DNA of 64,000 bases from a virus (Duplodnaviria; Heunggongvirae; Uroviricota; Caudoviricetes): the IMG/VR virus record IMGVR_UViG_3300045993_000281, positions 33,091-97,090 of that record; one strand, written 5' to 3'. Every line of letters begins with the position of its first letter. The first letter of the stretch is position 1. The notes under the pieces were generated by a model that saw only the letters and a program-made list of their open reading frames with translations, did no database searches and was not told the origin of the DNA. This document shows positions 10,587 through 20,538 of this stretch, one piece after another. The position numbers and the translations under genes were made by a program.

Positions 10587-11774
10587 TTAAGAGTGGAAAA
10601 TCGGGAGAATGCCAAGACTCAAGCAGGTTGCCGTCTTACGTGCCCAGTTACCTGTGGTCGTTGCGCCGACAAGAGCGCCAGCAATAGTTGCGTCTTGTAC
10701 ACCGCCAGTACGGATAGCAACGTAATCGGCATCCGACGGGAACACAGTCGAAGAACCAATCCAATCGTAACCACCTGGATGTGCAACATAGCCCCAACGA
10801 TACCAAATATCCGTAGAGCCACCACCGTTAAATGCGCGAGCATCACGGTAGATCTCAACAGGAGTTGGGACAGCCAACGACTCCATTGCAATTGCACCAG
10901 GCAATACAATAAAAGAAGTTTTAGCACCAACGATATTTGGGCCAGCACCGACGTTAAGCGATGTGATCTCAGCACCAGAGAAGCCCTGCGAAGCACGAGT
11001 TTGAATCAAACGGAACTTACCGCCGAAAATCGTGGTAAACATTACGTTAGCTTCTTGCACGCCATCTTCGTCAACCAAATTGGCGGAACGCAAAGAGGCG
11101 ATAATCTCAGGCGAGGTCACCAGATAAGCGTACTCTGGTTCGTAGTCCTTCCAAGCCATAGCGATCGCTGTCAAAAAGCCTTCAGCGCGTGCAGCGCCTT
11201 GGATTGCAGCTGTGGCGGCAATAACTGGTGCCACACCGCCTAGATCGACGTAGAAGCCAAATTTCTTGTCGGCAGGGTCATTCACAAAGGTTTGCCCACC
11301 AGTACCCGTACCACCGCCAGCGGAAGCGGCACCCATGAGCACTTCGCTCACAGCCACACCACGCAATACAGCCAGAAGAGCGTTATGCTCATCTTGAGCG
11401 CGGGTTTCACCGAAGTCACGAGAAATCTTAGCCAAGCCGTCAACTTGCGAGATGACTTGCTGCAGATTCACTTGAGTAGCACCGTGCGTACGGACGGTTT
11501 TGACATACGAACTGAAGTCAGAAGCGTACGTAGTACCAGTACCGTTTGCTGAGTTCGTCAACGATGCAATGTTGATGGTTGGGTTGAGAGGTTTGAACCA
11601 ACGAACTTGACCGATAAACGTCTCAGTCGAAGTGTTGATACCTGGGTTCGGACCAACGATGCCTGTACCAGACAATTTCTTTGCCGTGGTATAAGCTTCA
11701 TCGCTATACGCGCCAAGTGCCAGTTGTAGCGCATAGGTATTTGAACCGTTAATGTTACTTACAATTGCAGTCAT
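10587..11774 (-). CDS. Major capsid protein
   Basis: 395-aa protein encoded right after a coiled-coil scaffold gene and before the neck genes. Gly/Ala/Thr-rich composition is typical of HK97-fold capsid proteins. The call rests on position, size and composition only. Confidence 0.65.
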   Translation of the reverse strand: MTAIVSNINGSNTYALQLALGAYSDEAYTTAKKLSGTGIVGPNPGINTSTETFIGQVRWFKPLNPTINIASLTNSANGTGTTYASDFSSYVKTVRTHGATQVNLQQVISQVDGLAKISRDFGETRAQDEHNALLAVLRGVAVSEVLMGAASAGGGTGTGGQTFVNDPADKKFGFYVDLGGVAPVIAATAAIQGAARAEGFLTAIAMAWKDYEPEYAYLVTSPEIIASLRSANLVDEDGVQEANVMFTTIFGGKFRLIQTRASQGFSGAEITSLNVGAGPNIVGAKTSFIVLPGAIAMESLAVPTPVEIYRDARAFNGGGSTDIWYRWGYVAHPGGYDWIGSSTVFPSDADYVAIRTGGVQDATIAGALVGATTTGNWARKTATCLSLGILPIFHS

Positions 11775-11785
11775 TTCTTATTTCC

Positions 11786-12535
11786 TTAAAAAGTGGGAAC
11801 TGGCCCAAATTCTCCCTTAGCGGCCCTTGCTATGACCTCTTCCTGGGAAAGCTTGAACAGTGATGGTTTTTCATTTACGACGCCAGCTTTGGCGTCTGGA
11901 TTTGGATTTGTAGTACCGCCACCTGAGTTAACCTTGACCTTAAATAGGAATTCATTTTCGCTGTCTTTTGCGAACGTAGATGCGTAGTCCCGAATGGATA
12001 CACCTGAACGATGGACCCATTGGCCCGCATCATTCTGTACCAGATTCGAACAAAGCTCTCTGAACGCCATGTCAGAAGATTTATCATTCTTAAACTCGAA
12101 GCTCTTCAGTGCTTCGCGCACCGAAACATCACGGCTTAGTTCCGTGTTTTTCTTTTGAAGGGCTTCGTTTTTGGCATTCGCCTCGGCCAGACGCATCTCA
12201 TAAGCTTCCTTATGCTTGCCTTCTGATTCGAGTTGTTTGAGAGTTGCATCACGTTCTTTCTGCTCCAATATAGCTGCCTTCGCTAACGCCTCATCGCGTT
12301 GCGCAAAAGCCTTATCAAGATTTTGCTTGATAGTCAATAATTGAGCATCTACTTTCTCTTGCACGACTTTTGCTACCATATCAGCGTCGCGCTCAGCTTG
12401 TGATTTTCCTTGATTCGCTGCAGCCTCAGCGGCTTTACGTGTTTCTTCTGCAGCAGCAGCCTCTTGTGCTTGTTTTGCAGCAGCAGCCGCAGCATTGGCA
12501 TCGAGGGTTACTTGGTCGTTTACGGGATCAGCCAT
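11786..12535 (-). CDS. Scaffolding protein
   Basis: 249-aa protein with a highly charged, Ala/Glu/Lys/Gln-rich predicted coiled coil (AAAAAKQAQEAAAAEETRKAAEAAANQ...), located immediately upstream of the capsid gene. Confidence 0.6.
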   Translation of the reverse strand: MADPVNDQVTLDANAAAAAAKQAQEAAAAEETRKAAEAAANQGKSQAERDADMVAKVVQEKVDAQLLTIKQNLDKAFAQRDEALAKAAILEQKERDATLKQLESEGKHKEAYEMRLAEANAKNEALQKKNTELSRDVSVREALKSFEFKNDKSSDMAFRELCSNLVQNDAGQWVHRSGVSIRDYASTFAKDSENEFLFKVKVNSGGGTTNPNPDAKAGVVNEKPSLFKLSQEEVIARAAKGEFGPVPTF

Positions 12536-12679
12536 TTTCTTACTTCCTTATAATTTTGGGTACAACCCAGAATGATACCTAAAAGCACAGCTTCTAGGGT
12601 GCAACAAATAAAATAGGGTTACTGTGCCACAGTCGCCACAGTGATTTAACAGTTATACTTCGGTTAACTGCCCAGTAAA

Positions 12680-15600
12680 TTAACCTATTCCATACCAATA
12701 CCTGTTCTTGTCGAAGTTTTCATCAACATTTCGCAGTATATCAGCACGCGTTAGGATATCCTTCTCTGTCAGAAGCTTACCATCGATACGTGACCGTCCT
12801 ACCACAGGTATCAGGCCGGTATCAATAGCTTCGTTCAGATACTTATCATACAATTCTTTAGGCAAGCCTCTGTTCAGCATCTCTTGAAGGGTGGCTTTAA
12901 TTGACTCGGACTCGACGGCATCGCCGTATATTCCGCGTAACGCGCCACGTGCTCTGAGCATGTCGGAAACATTGGTAAAGAAAGCATCATGAATAGTTGA
13001 AGTACCCACATCAATCTTCTTTCCCCACAGATGAAACTGTTTAACCAATGTAGCGTCATTTGAGTGATTACCATTAACAGCAAAAGCTGTCCTGGCCTTG
13101 TTAGTATCAGTAATTGCGTTTATCTTTCCAGATTTGCCTCTGAACTCTTCCCACCAAGTCGGGTTAGTCTTCTGGGGTACCTGCAAAATATTAGTAACCC
13201 AATGACCATCTTTGTCTTTGTAGTTCAGACGCTCTTCAAACACTTGCGTAAAGTTTTGCTCTATGACTTTTCCGTCAAAGTTAACCCAAGGTATATTATT
13301 CCATTGTTTAGGCAACTTGTTAGGAATGCCGATTTCCATTCCTTGCGTAATGTCCTCAGAGAACAATGAGAAGTTCCCTATCTTGAAACCAGTACGTCTA
13401 GTCGCTGGCGGTGCTACGCCGTTCAACAATTCTGCAGAGATACTAGATGGTAAATAACCCGGAATTCTGTTAAGTAATTTTGTGCGAATAGGCTCATCTT
13501 TGATGGCAAGAATGCGGCTCAACCATTTTGGTAAACGGTCTCCACCATGCTTTTCCCCAAGTAAATACGTTCGCAGGGCAGTGTTGTAGTCCAAGCTACT
13601 GGCCTTTGGCTTCGCATGTAATGCAAAATCATCGGCCAGCCTACCGAAGAACTTAGTGAAGTCACGTAGTATCGGGACTTGAGTGCTCAAATGCTCACTC
13701 ATTATCTTTGCTATCTGCTGGAAATCGTCTGGAGTAACAACTCTTTCATATTCCCTGCTAAGTTTTTCAACAACGTCACGTGTCTGCGAGTCGAGAAAAT
13801 AGAGTTGATCCATAATCTCGTCGCCTGGGTTTAGCCCTTTGTTGAATATATCCTTGACATCTTGTCTTAATGCCTTGAGTTCCAGATACTTATCTTGATC
13901 GAACTTCTCGTATCTGGCCATTCGCGCACTTATTTCGTTTAGTATTTTGTCACGATCAACAGCCTTAACCACAAGCGTTGTGTCTGACTTCTCCAATACC
14001 TTTGCTAGTTTGCCTTCTACGTTCAGGATTCCAGTTCTTTCTCCTGCGCCGTAGAATGTAACCATGTTCTGCGCCTTACTAGCCTTACGTAGATCCTTCT
14101 CAGTCAATCCCAGCTTGACATTAAGTTTCTTGAAGCGTGGGTCATTAAAAGTAGAGTGCGCGATTTCATCATACAATCTTTGCTTTTGATCAGTCGGGAT
14201 TACGTTGCTCAACGCAGCTAACTGTTTGTTCTTGGTTGTGAGTGCAATAATCTGCGCACCCGAGGACGACGCGTCTTGCTCTAACGCTAATGCAGTACTG
14301 TAATCTTTCAACCTTAATAGACTGTTTGCGCTGTAATCGCCCCGTAGAAACTCATCAATCTTGGACATCTCTAAAGCAAATCGTAGTACTTTCCCTTGTT
14401 CTTCACCGTCAATTTGCGCTAAGAACTTTGAGTCAAGCACTCTGCGAATATCCGCAGGTTTTCCTCTTCGCATCGCATCTCCAAGCATTATTAGATCTTT
14501 ACGGTGTTGCATGGCAATTTGTTGACGACCGAGTACAGAAAGAGAATTATACTTACCCTCTAACGCATCCGATGTGCCGCCCAGAAAGCCTCCAATTTGG
14601 TCTTGCAAGTTCTTAAACCCAAGCGCACTGAAATTCTTACTTTCAGCTGTACTCAGAAATGGACGAAACGTCTCGCCCGATTGTGGACTTATAAAGCCTC
14701 TCTCGTAGATACGACCACGGTGGTCTAGAAAGGGATGATTGCTAAACGCAGCATCTTTCGCTCTCAGCCATTCCATGGACTTTAACCGCTCATATGCGTC
14801 TCCACGTTCAACCATGAACTCACGGTATTTGTTTAAGTTATTATAGTACTCAGCCTTGCCCTTGTCATCCTGAAAGTTTATCAGTTTAACTATAAAATCG
14901 TGGAAGTCTGCGTCTATCTTATATTTTGTCTTTGCAGCCCAATTAAGCGCATCCGTCAAATCTTTGTCGATCAGCCCTAATGGGACTTCACTCGAAGCAA
15001 TCTCGATGCGCGTATCATACAAGCCCAACAAACCATCATCCACGTGGTATGTGTTATACCCTTCGCGAATCAGTAATTCGTTCTTCTTGGTGGTAACACC
15101 AATCCTTAAACCAACGTCCACCTTTCTGGTTAGCTTGGCGTACTCTTGTATGCGTGGGTCTGTTATTCTAAGGTTAACCGCGAATGTATCATAGTATGGC
15201 CCGAAATAAGCGCCAAAATTCCTGCTTTTCATACGACGCTTCTGTACACCAAAGGTTTCCAACTCGTAGAAACCCTTGTTATTTGCATCGTCAAGAATCT
15301 TTACACCTAGATTGTACCATTCGTTACGGCTACCTCTGTAGTTGGCCATATTGTACAAATCACGACCGAGTGCAACAGCAAGCTGATCTCTATCAGGATT
15401 GTCAGCTAGGCTCAATCTCCTCGCAAACTTCAAATAGAAATGCTCTAAGTCGTGGTCTTCAATTCTTCTTTTTAATTTAACGGGTATCTTGTAATCCAAT
15501 ACATTTCGTAATTGCTTAGCTATTCGAGGCGCTGTGCGATCTTCCCAATCATTCTTAGCTTTTATGTTTGCTATAAACCCGTCAGATAGAGATTGCAACT

Positions 15601-17287
15601 GAACAGGCCCCAAGACAGGGTCAATATAATTGGCTTGTTTTAGCTTCAACAAAAGGTTGGCATCACGTCGTATCTGTGTCTCCATATAGTCAGATACGTT
15701 CATAATATCGAACTTAATCTGACCTTGAAGGACAGCCTTGAAGTTAGCCCATGCCTCTTTGTTGTCCCTGAAACGACTGAACGTTATGCGCAAGTTTTCT
15801 GTAACGACAGCGCGCTCATTTACGCCCATCCTGTCTTCTAAACCATCGACGAAACCTTTTATGAATTCCTTGTCCTTTGGCTTCAACAGGATACTTTCAT
15901 CCACGTTCTTGTAAGCATTCTCAAGCGTGGCTGGGCTTGGCTGATACATACGCGCATCTTCATATCTACTGGTAATCGGATTGAACTTAAGATTAGCCTC
16001 AGAAGGTGGCGTCGATAGTACACGTGTCTTAGTAGCCTTCTTGGTATGTAACAACGCACCGCGATAATTGGTAAGCGACAGTGTTCCGTCTAATTCGCCT
16101 GCCTGTAACATGTAGTACTCTTTAAGCGCCTTTTGAAGCTCCAAATCGCCATAAAAGTCATCAGGTCGTGCAGCACCTAATTTAATAGTATCAAGTCGAT
16201 CCTTTGCAGCTGCAAACCTTCTGGTGTCTCCAGGTATTCCGTAACCTGAAGTCGTGAGCCTGTTAAGTTCTTTAATCCCAATAGAGTTGCCTGAGGAGTT
16301 GGTGAACTGACTGACGGTAAGTTGCCCGGCCTGGTATGCTTCAACCTTTTTAAGATCACCGAGGTGCTTAAGCTGTACTTGCGTAGGCTGTCGCTGCAAC
16401 CATTCATTGTAGGATTCCTTTAACGGCGTCTGCCCGTCATAAAATGCAATCTGTTTTTCTGTAAGCCCTGCCAAGTTACGTTTACGTATCTGGGCAATGC
16501 CTTCTGACTTGGCAAGCTCATCGTAACTTTTAGTGATAGGCGTGGTTGAAGAACGACAGTACCAATGTGCTGGTGGCAGGTGTTCTGTGTCGCCTACAGG
16601 GTAAATTGTTCCATCACGTCCTGCACATAGCGGCGTAGTACGAGTGTCCAGCACTGCCACATATTGCCATCCTTGCAAGACTTTAGCGTTAGCCTTATAG
16701 ACTTCCTGGTCGGCTTGCGAATACACAGAAGTGGTTGCGGTGACAACAAGCCCCTTTGCTTGATTCTTAGTGATCGCGAAGGTACTTTTAGTAATTTCTT
16801 TGGCGATGTCGCCAGTAGGTAAACCTTCAGCGATACCTTTACGGATTATTCCTTCAATACGAATCTTTTCATTCTTACCGACACCCGCCCAACCCTCTGA
16901 AAGCGTTAGGTTCTGATACAAAGGTTTATGAAGCACGACCTCCTCCGCAACACGGCGTGGAGGTGTAGCTACATGCCATATATCAGACACGGCTTCGCTA
17001 AGGTTGTTAACTGTATGGGATATCTGACTTTTGAACAAGTCAAGCAAGGCTCTAGAAGTCGTATTATGAGCATTAGACATGGTCTTAATGATCTCTGCGT
17101 CTAGCGCCTTCTGGAAACTAGCGAAATCTTTTCCTTGTAGTTTAGATTCTCTTACTAGTTTGTCTACGCGTATGGCGTGACCATCTACGATAAGTTCGAC
17201 TTTCGAAGAGGTGCGTTGCTCATATAAGCGAACCATTGCGGCTCTATCGACACTTTTATCATAGATAAGTGTATTGGCGTTAGTCAT
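12680..17287 (-). CDS. Fusion of a Mu-F-like minor head protein with a T7-like single-subunit RNA polymerase (1535 aa)
   Basis: An N-terminal Mu-F/SPP1 gp7-like motif is present at residues ~205-250 (GWQYVAVLDTRTTPLCAGRDGTIYPVGDTEHLPPAHWYCRSS). C-terminal single-subunit RNAP signatures, in order:
- FLDHRGRIYERGF (compare T7 RNAP DWRGRVYAVSMF)
- DASSSGAQIIALTT (motif A, compare DGSCSGIQHFSAML)
- KASKAQNMVTFYGAGERTG (motif B with Lys and YG)
- TIHDAFFT (motif C, compare IHDSFGT). Confidence 0.8.
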   Translation of the reverse strand: MTNANTLIYDKSVDRAAMVRLYEQRTSSKVELIVDGHAIRVDKLVRESKLQGKDFASFQKALDAEIIKTMSNAHNTTSRALLDLFKSQISHTVNNLSEAVSDIWHVATPPRRVAEEVVLHKPLYQNLTLSEGWAGVGKNEKIRIEGIIRKGIAEGLPTGDIAKEITKSTFAITKNQAKGLVVTATTSVYSQADQEVYKANAKVLQGWQYVAVLDTRTTPLCAGRDGTIYPVGDTEHLPPAHWYCRSSTTPITKSYDELAKSEGIAQIRKRNLAGLTEKQIAFYDGQTPLKESYNEWLQRQPTQVQLKHLGDLKKVEAYQAGQLTVSQFTNSSGNSIGIKELNRLTTSGYGIPGDTRRFAAAKDRLDTIKLGAARPDDFYGDLELQKALKEYYMLQAGELDGTLSLTNYRGALLHTKKATKTRVLSTPPSEANLKFNPITSRYEDARMYQPSPATLENAYKNVDESILLKPKDKEFIKGFVDGLEDRMGVNERAVVTENLRITFSRFRDNKEAWANFKAVLQGQIKFDIMNVSDYMETQIRRDANLLLKLKQANYIDPVLGPVQLQSLSDGFIANIKAKNDWEDRTAPRIAKQLRNVLDYKIPVKLKRRIEDHDLEHFYLKFARRLSLADNPDRDQLAVALGRDLYNMANYRGSRNEWYNLGVKILDDANNKGFYELETFGVQKRRMKSRNFGAYFGPYYDTFAVNLRITDPRIQEYAKLTRKVDVGLRIGVTTKKNELLIREGYNTYHVDDGLLGLYDTRIEIASSEVPLGLIDKDLTDALNWAAKTKYKIDADFHDFIVKLINFQDDKGKAEYYNNLNKYREFMVERGDAYERLKSMEWLRAKDAAFSNHPFLDHRGRIYERGFISPQSGETFRPFLSTAESKNFSALGFKNLQDQIGGFLGGTSDALEGKYNSLSVLGRQQIAMQHRKDLIMLGDAMRRGKPADIRRVLDSKFLAQIDGEEQGKVLRFALEMSKIDEFLRGDYSANSLLRLKDYSTALALEQDASSSGAQIIALTTKNKQLAALSNVIPTDQKQRLYDEIAHSTFNDPRFKKLNVKLGLTEKDLRKASKAQNMVTFYGAGERTGILNVEGKLAKVLEKSDTTLVVKAVDRDKILNEISARMARYEKFDQDKYLELKALRQDVKDIFNKGLNPGDEIMDQLYFLDSQTRDVVEKLSREYERVVTPDDFQQIAKIMSEHLSTQVPILRDFTKFFGRLADDFALHAKPKASSLDYNTALRTYLLGEKHGGDRLPKWLSRILAIKDEPIRTKLLNRIPGYLPSSISAELLNGVAPPATRRTGFKIGNFSLFSEDITQGMEIGIPNKLPKQWNNIPWVNFDGKVIEQNFTQVFEERLNYKDKDGHWVTNILQVPQKTNPTWWEEFRGKSGKINAITDTNKARTAFAVNGNHSNDATLVKQFHLWGKKIDVGTSTIHDAFFTNVSDMLRARGALRGIYGDAVESESIKATLQEMLNRGLPKELYDKYLNEAIDTGLIPVVGRSRIDGKLLTEKDILTRADILRNVDENFDKNRYWYGIG

Positions 17288-17360
17288 TTGTCTCTCCGTT
17301 GTTAGGAATGGATTCTGTCACAATACATTCCTAAGTGCTCTTGGTAGAGCACATTAGGTA

Positions 17361-17759
17361 CTAAAAGTTTATTACTTTGTTAACACATGTAGCGGTATCA
17401 GGGAATGGGATTACATAAGCGTTAATGTTACGTTCCCATCTATCTTTCCCTAATGGCGCTAATACTTTCAAGCCATTAGGGAGCCATTGCAGATTCCACA
17501 CGGCATCATAGCCACCACAAGCGAGCGGAATTATGTGGTCCATTGACCACCCAGGACACGTCCCTACGTATGATAATGTAGATGGACAAACGTGGACTTT
17601 CCTAAATGCGACAAGGATATCATTACGGCGTAGTATCACACCCGTAGTAGGGTTCCTTTTTGGGGAGCCATAATACCGATATTCTGTAAGTGGATCGGGT
17701 GGATGTCCGAGCACTTGCGTTGAAGCTAGCAACACTGCCAGCATTAAAAGATATTTCAT
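17361..17759 (-). CDS. HNH-motif nuclease with an N-terminal signal peptide
   Basis: MKYLLMLAVLLASTQVLG looks like a signal peptide. The HNH core is ...HVCPS...CPGWSMDHIIPLACGGYDAVWNLQWL. A stem-loop at 17303-17334 lies between this gene and the next. Confidence 0.6.
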   Translation of the reverse strand: MKYLLMLAVLLASTQVLGHPPDPLTEYRYYGSPKRNPTTGVILRRNDILVAFRKVHVCPSTLSYVGTCPGWSMDHIIPLACGGYDAVWNLQWLPNGLKVLAPLGKDRWERNINAYVIPFPDTATCVNKVINF

Positions 17760-18073
17760 CTAAACTCCGAAGTTCCATGCCTTGATAGCATGCTGATGTT
17801 TATGAAATTGCCTTCCGGAAGTGGTATTCGCCACGTCCTACGGCCATGAGGATTTCTAGTTTTAACAAGAGTGCTTGCATTTGGTAGGTCACATATATCA
17901 AGAAGAGAGTCTAGCATATCCCTTGGGTCTATTGCATTCATGGTCCAGGGTAATACCACTAGCTCTCTATCTGAACTGTCGCTCGCCGAGATATGCATGG
18001 CGACCATCCAACCATTACGCATGCTTTCTTGCTGCATAAGAGCATACAGCATTGAATAGTCGTATTTTCCCAC
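17756..18073 (-). CDS. Hypothetical protein
   Basis: 105-aa ORF tightly packed between the two HNH genes. Confidence 0.4.
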   Translation of the reverse strand: MGKYDYSMLYALMQQESMRNGWMVAMHISASDSSDRELVVLPWTMNAIDPRDMLDSLLDICDLPNASTLVKTRNPHGRRTWRIPLPEGNFINISMLSRHGTSEFR

Positions 18074-18075
18074 GG

Positions 18076-18552
18076 TTAACTCTCTTTCGCAAAGTCTCCG
18101 TGATGCACGGCGGTAAGTTTATCTCTAGCTGCTTTTGCCTCTTCGATAGTACTGAAAAGCCCTATTGTCTCTCGCTTACCATCCACGACTATGCGTGCTC
18201 TTGCCTTGCCGCGATAAACATCAATCCCTTTCGCGCCAGTCGTATTATTAACTGGTGTCGACCTGTTCTGTGCATTCTCTACACTAGTAGCTGCACGTAG
18301 GTTGCCAGGATTGTTGTTTAGTCGATTGGTGTCTTCATGATCTACTAATGGCGGCAGTGTGCCGTACTCCATCAGATAGATTAATCGATGCACCTTATAG
18401 GTTTGACCCTGATATTTTACCTGCAGATAACCTTCGCCATTTTTTGTTCCGACTTCGGTATCTCTGACTATCGACGGCCCCATGCTTACTCGCCAATACA
18501 ATTTACCACCTTTGTGGTACCATATTTTCTCTGCTTTGGCTTTTGTTAACAT
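18076..18552 (-). CDS. HNH homing endonuclease (HNH_3 plus AP2 DNA-binding domain)
   Basis: VHRLIY...LVDHEDTNRLNNNPGNLRAATSVENAQN is an HNH_3 motif. GAKGIDVYRGKARARIVVDGKRETIGLFSTIEEAKAARD is AP2-like. It is inserted between the portal and head-morphogenesis genes. Confidence 0.85.
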   Translation of the reverse strand: MLTKAKAEKIWYHKGGKLYWRVSMGPSIVRDTEVGTKNGEGYLQVKYQGQTYKVHRLIYLMEYGTLPPLVDHEDTNRLNNNPGNLRAATSVENAQNRSTPVNNTTGAKGIDVYRGKARARIVVDGKRETIGLFSTIEEAKAARDKLTAVHHGDFAKES

Positions 18553-18554
18553 GA

Positions 18555-20249
18555 CTATTTCTTAGACGGCACTGGAGGAGGTGGATTATCTAAGGCATGT
18601 TGATCCAACTCAGCCTGGCGTTTAGCAGCATGCATCTTCGATACGGCTGGATCTATTCCTGCATCTCTAGCAATAGCATCAGCGTAGCTAGGATCAGCAG
18701 TAGGCGTAGCAATAAGTTCGTCCGTTAACATCTCAGTACGACCTGCAGCGTCATCGTAATCCGGTGCTAGCATGTCATTTGACTTAATCATCTGCAGCCA
18801 TGCACTACGTGGTAATAGTTTCTTCTCGTACCATTCAGTAGCAAGACGTAACCAATCAGCGCCTAGTGGAGCAGGATTAAAGTCAGCAGATAACTCAAAG
18901 CATACATCGGCAGTTCTTAACGTTAAATCATAACGCCAATTTACCATAAAGGCAATGACGCTAGCAAGTGTATTGCTAATCTTTACATTAAGAGTACCTA
19001 ACTGTGCAGTTTGTGTAGCATTCCGAATATCCAAAGCTACACCCGATTGGGCAGTCTCTGGTGTCAGCATGCGAATACCTAGCTTAGCCAGCTCATCAAT
19101 CGTTGCAACAATGCTCCTGTCCATATCAGCAAGAGCTTCTGTGGGGGTATCTAGCACAGTCAGTGTATCGCCTGTACGTAGATGTATCCATGAGCCTAAC
19201 CCGCCACCGACAACGTCTGTGAACTGGTCATCAGTCATATCAGATGCTAATACAGGTGTATACGTAGATGCGCCATACAGTAGATGGTTACGACGGCTAA
19301 CCTTGTTATACAAGGATACTTCCCTGTCCACCAAGGGTGTAAGCATCGGCTCTACAATATCGATACTTCCATTTAAAGGCCATGCAGGGATGAATGTTAG
19401 GCGCTGTCCATTGCATACAATATTCGTATTTGTTTCTAGTAGCGCGTATGCGGTAAGCTTTGGGTCAGCACCTGCAGCACTATACTTGTAATCCTGTATG
19501 ATTTTACCATTTTGGATTAGTGTTTGCGCATCCTGAGTAGGCTTTTGATACTTACGTATCTGATAATACCCACCAACAAGTTCATGAACCCAGACCGTAT
19601 CTAGGTAAGACGGATGGAACGCGCCATCAGCATATACTTCCTCATAATTGCGGGTAATGACCTGGATAAGTTCTTGTTCTCCAGTCACTTCGTTCACAGA
19701 GACACGCCAATTAATAACGGTCTCTGCGTTCCATAATACAGGGAATGGCTTCAGGGCATCTCGATCTTCAGTAGACATCCCCTCTAGCATCTTTTCAGTC
19801 ACCTTAGGGTAATCGACATAGACCCATGCACGGTTAGTCTGCATTTCTTCCCAAAGAGCGGTATCTAGAAAGGATATCAAAGGTGAGCTATCTTGCGAAA
19901 ACTCATTAAGAATCCAATCCTTAGCGTCCTCGGGAACGTCAGTTTTAAAAGTTAGTTGCGGTTGTTTTCGTAGCAGCCCACCTACAATGATCTTCGCATA
20001 CTGCGCAATAATACCTGGCAGTTCAGCTTCTGCTTTAAAGAAATTGTACTGCGCAGGAGTCATTGAGGGCGAGAAAGGTAGCAATATATTCGAAAAGGTG
20101 ATCAGGTCTAGAAAGCTGTCAAAGTCCTTAACGTAACGTTCGCCACCTAAGATAGCCCTTGCCCGATCCCATGCAGGACGCATTGATACATATGCGGAGG
20201 TGGGGTCTGCCACACTCTTCTTAATTACGCTGGCATTGACAACTGTCAT
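18555..20249 (-). CDS. Portal protein
   Basis: 564-aa protein encoded upstream (in transcription order) of the Mu-F-like gene, scaffold and capsid. The size and its placement right after the terminase/fiber block fit a portal; the call is positional plus general features. Confidence 0.65.
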   Translation of the reverse strand: MTVVNASVIKKSVADPTSAYVSMRPAWDRARAILGGERYVKDFDSFLDLITFSNILLPFSPSMTPAQYNFFKAEAELPGIIAQYAKIIVGGLLRKQPQLTFKTDVPEDAKDWILNEFSQDSSPLISFLDTALWEEMQTNRAWVYVDYPKVTEKMLEGMSTEDRDALKPFPVLWNAETVINWRVSVNEVTGEQELIQVITRNYEEVYADGAFHPSYLDTVWVHELVGGYYQIRKYQKPTQDAQTLIQNGKIIQDYKYSAAGADPKLTAYALLETNTNIVCNGQRLTFIPAWPLNGSIDIVEPMLTPLVDREVSLYNKVSRRNHLLYGASTYTPVLASDMTDDQFTDVVGGGLGSWIHLRTGDTLTVLDTPTEALADMDRSIVATIDELAKLGIRMLTPETAQSGVALDIRNATQTAQLGTLNVKISNTLASVIAFMVNWRYDLTLRTADVCFELSADFNPAPLGADWLRLATEWYEKKLLPRSAWLQMIKSNDMLAPDYDDAAGRTEMLTDELIATPTADPSYADAIARDAGIDPAVSKMHAAKRQAELDQHALDNPPPPVPSKK

Positions 20250-20250
20250 A

Positions 20251-20538
20251 TTAACCCTTTATGTGTGCTGAGAACTCCTTACGGGTTCCTCTAAATGTGT
20301 CGCCGGTTGTAGTATTTCTACATATAACGGTGGGTTCTTCGTCCACTGTTATTTCCCAATACGCTGGCTGATAGAAAGCAATAGGACGTGTCCTGGGTGC
20401 AGCAAAGCCTACCTGTATGGGAGGTGGCGGTGGTGCTGGAGGTGCTACAATAACAGCAGGTGGAGGTACAGAAGGCTTGACCTCTTTACCGTCAACTACT
20501 GGATTATTCAATGGGGGTACTTTAACGTCGGTTGTCAT
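20251..20538 (-). CDS. Proline-rich hypothetical protein
   Basis: 95 aa with PPPAVIVAPPAPPPPPIQ. Confidence 0.45.
   Translation of the reverse strand: MTTDVKVPPLNNPVVDGKEVKPSVPPPAVIVAPPAPPPPPIQVGFAAPRTRPIAFYQPAYWEITVDEEPTVICRNTTTGDTFRGTRKEFSAHIKG

Noticed and set aside
10575-11243. 222-aa plus-strand ORF overlapping the capsid gene
   Set aside because: It is the antisense of a strongly supported structural gene, with Cys/Arg-rich composition atypical for this genome.
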